The notes under the pieces: generated by a model
The model's database searches: none
The model's input: the letters and a program-made list of their open reading frames with translations, nothing else
Told to the model about the DNA's origin: nothing
Part shown: positions 62,097-64,000 of the stretch, piece after piece
How the letters are laid out: every line of letters starts with the position of its first letter
Numbering within the stretch: position 1 is the first letter of the stretch
NCBI RefSeq assembly: GCF_018350175.1
Contig: NC_058384.1
Coordinates: forward strand, 65,472,001 to 65,536,000
Reading direction: 5' to 3'
Origin: Felis catus
Lineage: Eukaryota
DNA length: 64,000 nt
Program-made: the position numbers and the translations under genes

Positions 62097-63058
62097 ATGG
62101 AGAGCCCCAATCAAAGTGCCGCTCAGGAGTTCATCTTCTCTGCTTTCCCCTATTCCTGGGGAAGTTCTGTCACCTGTTTTATTCCACTGCTCTTCATTTA
62201 CACCTTCATTGTCATTGGAAACCTTGTCATCATCACAGTGGTCCAGCTGAATGCTCCCCTCCACACACCCATGTACTTCTTCATCGGCACCCTTTCCTTT
62301 CTGGAGATCTGGTACACCACAGCGACCATTCCAAAGATGCTTGCCAGCCTGCTCGGTGAGAAGACAATTTCCTTAAATGGTTGCCTCCTGCAGATGTATT
62401 TCTTCCATTCCACTGGCATCAGTGAGGTTTGTCTCTTGACAGCTATGGCCTTTGACCGCTACCTGGCCATCTGCAGCCCTCTTCATTATCCCACTATCAT
62501 GACCCCCAGGCTGTGTGCCCAACTGACTTTAGGTTGCTGTGTTTGTGGCTTTATCACACCCCTCCCTGAGATTGCCTGGATCTCGACACTGCCATTTTGT
62601 GGCTCTAATCGCCTGGAGCATATCTTCTGTGACTTCCTCCCGTGCTACGCCTGGCCTGCACAGACACACAAGCCATCGTCATGATTCGGGTGGTGGATAC
62701 TGTCCACGCAGTGGAGATTATCACAGCCGTAATGCTCATTTTCATGTCCTATGTTGGCATTGTGGCTGTAATTGTACGTATTCGGTCAGCTGAAGGCCGC
62801 CGCAAGGCCTTTTCCACGTGCGTCTCCCACATCACTGTCTTTTTGCTTTTCTTTGGCAGTGTGGCCCTCATGTACCTACGCTTCTCGGCCACCTACTCCT
62901 TATTCTGGGACACAGCCATTGCTCTGGCCTTTGCAGTCTTGTCCCCCTTCTTCAACCCCATAATCTACAGTCTGAGGAACAAAGAGATGAAGGAAGCTAT
63001 AAAAAAACACTTGGGTCAAGCTAAAATCTTTTTTCATAAGACCGAGGACCTCAAGTAA
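62097..63058 (+). pseudogene. OR6K2: OR6K2 ortholog with a single 1-bp frameshift (or an assembly error in an intact gene)
   Basis: MESPNQS...FIFSAFPYSW matches recalled human OR6K2. The ORF is split at 62639-62641 (gacttcctcccgtg; expected D-F-L-P-V). 962 nt = 963 minus 1; all other OR motifs intact. Acceptor TAG|aaaATG. Confidence 0.88.
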
Positions 63059-63261
63059 GATCTAATTATTGGACGTCTATGTGGCCACTGGTGCCTTTTC
63101 ACTCTCAGCTCTGTGATCTGTCCTTTCCCATCAGCTGTTTACCGAGACTGGTCTTACAGAGGTCACCAAGAAACAGAATTCCCTAATAACTGAATTCAAT
63201 AGTTTCTTTTGCTCTGTACCCAACTTGACACATTTTTTTAGAGTACGTAATTCATTCATTT

Positions 63262-63370
63262 AAATTAAAGTCAGGTAGCACACAGTGTAGTATTGGTCTC
63301 AGGGATAGAACCCAGCGATTCATCTCTTACATACAACACCAATCTCATCTTGACAAGCGCCCTCCTTAAC
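63262..63370 (-). mobile_element. Short carnivore L1 3'-end fragment
   Basis: Similar to 28890-28985 ('gattcatctcttacatacaacacc...acaagcgccctcctt'). Confidence 0.7.
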
Positions 63371-64000
63371 AAAGTCAGATAAAAACAAATATGTCAAGTG
63401 CATTGAGGAGGGCGCTTGACATATCTTTGGATCCGACTATGATAAGTAAGCTTTCTGCCACTCACTTTAGTCAAGATAAGTTGATTTGCTGGAAATGATC
63501 TGGGTAAACATTTAATTTTAGCATTGTCAAAGTATTTGTTTGTAAGATATGGTAATGGAAAAATTATCTTCATAAGACTAAGTTCTCTCCATGGTACTAC
63601 CAATGGATACAGTTGAAAAATAACCCTAATTCCTAACTTGAATATTTATTATTGATAAATAGCCATATAGACATATTTCAGCAGGTCTTATTATGACTCC
63701 CCTGCTCCTTTTGTACCTTAGCAATGTTGTGCACGGTGAGTTCCGGTCTGGGTCAATAATGAGTCAAGGCCATCTTCGTGTGCTTGCGGCCAACTGTAAT
63801 GTGTGAAGCTAGTGGAGGCCATTGTGGTCAACAGTAAATCAACTTCACGTACATTGGTGACCATGAGAAACTAGGAGAATGGGCAGGCCTCTGTAGAATT
63901 GACAGGGGATGAGACCCAAAAAAGTAGTTGGCTGCAGTTGTGTGGTGGTTCAAGACGATGACAAAGAATCTTAGAGCAAGAAGTTCACTAAATAATACTT

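Overview
Mammalian genomic DNA, very probably a cat-family carnivore: it carries many SINEC_Fc-type CanSINEs and feline-type L1 3' ends. The assembly is gapped (five N-runs). The window is part of the OR6N/OR6K olfactory receptor cluster, in the order OR6N1 (+), OR6K6 (-), an intact OR6K4-like gene (+), an OR6K3 pseudogene (+), an extra intact OR6K paralog (+), and OR6K2 with one frameshift (+). Ortholog names come from recalled human sequences and synteny, not from a search. The rest is mostly SINE, L1, L2, MIR, MaLR and MER repeats. I see no new protein-coding system. The most notable signals are: (1) a paralogous ~250-bp promoter/non-coding first-exon module (homeodomain site abutting an O/E site, then a splice donor ~160-180 nt later) upstream of the OR6K genes, with one apparent orphan copy at ~21.5 kb; (2) sharp gene-conversion tracts among three OR6K paralogs; (3) several 1-bp deletions that disrupt or extend receptors; (4) two tandem palindromes in an L1 tail. 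All alignments were made by eye, and repeat boundaries are approximate unless a target-site duplication (TSD) is quoted.
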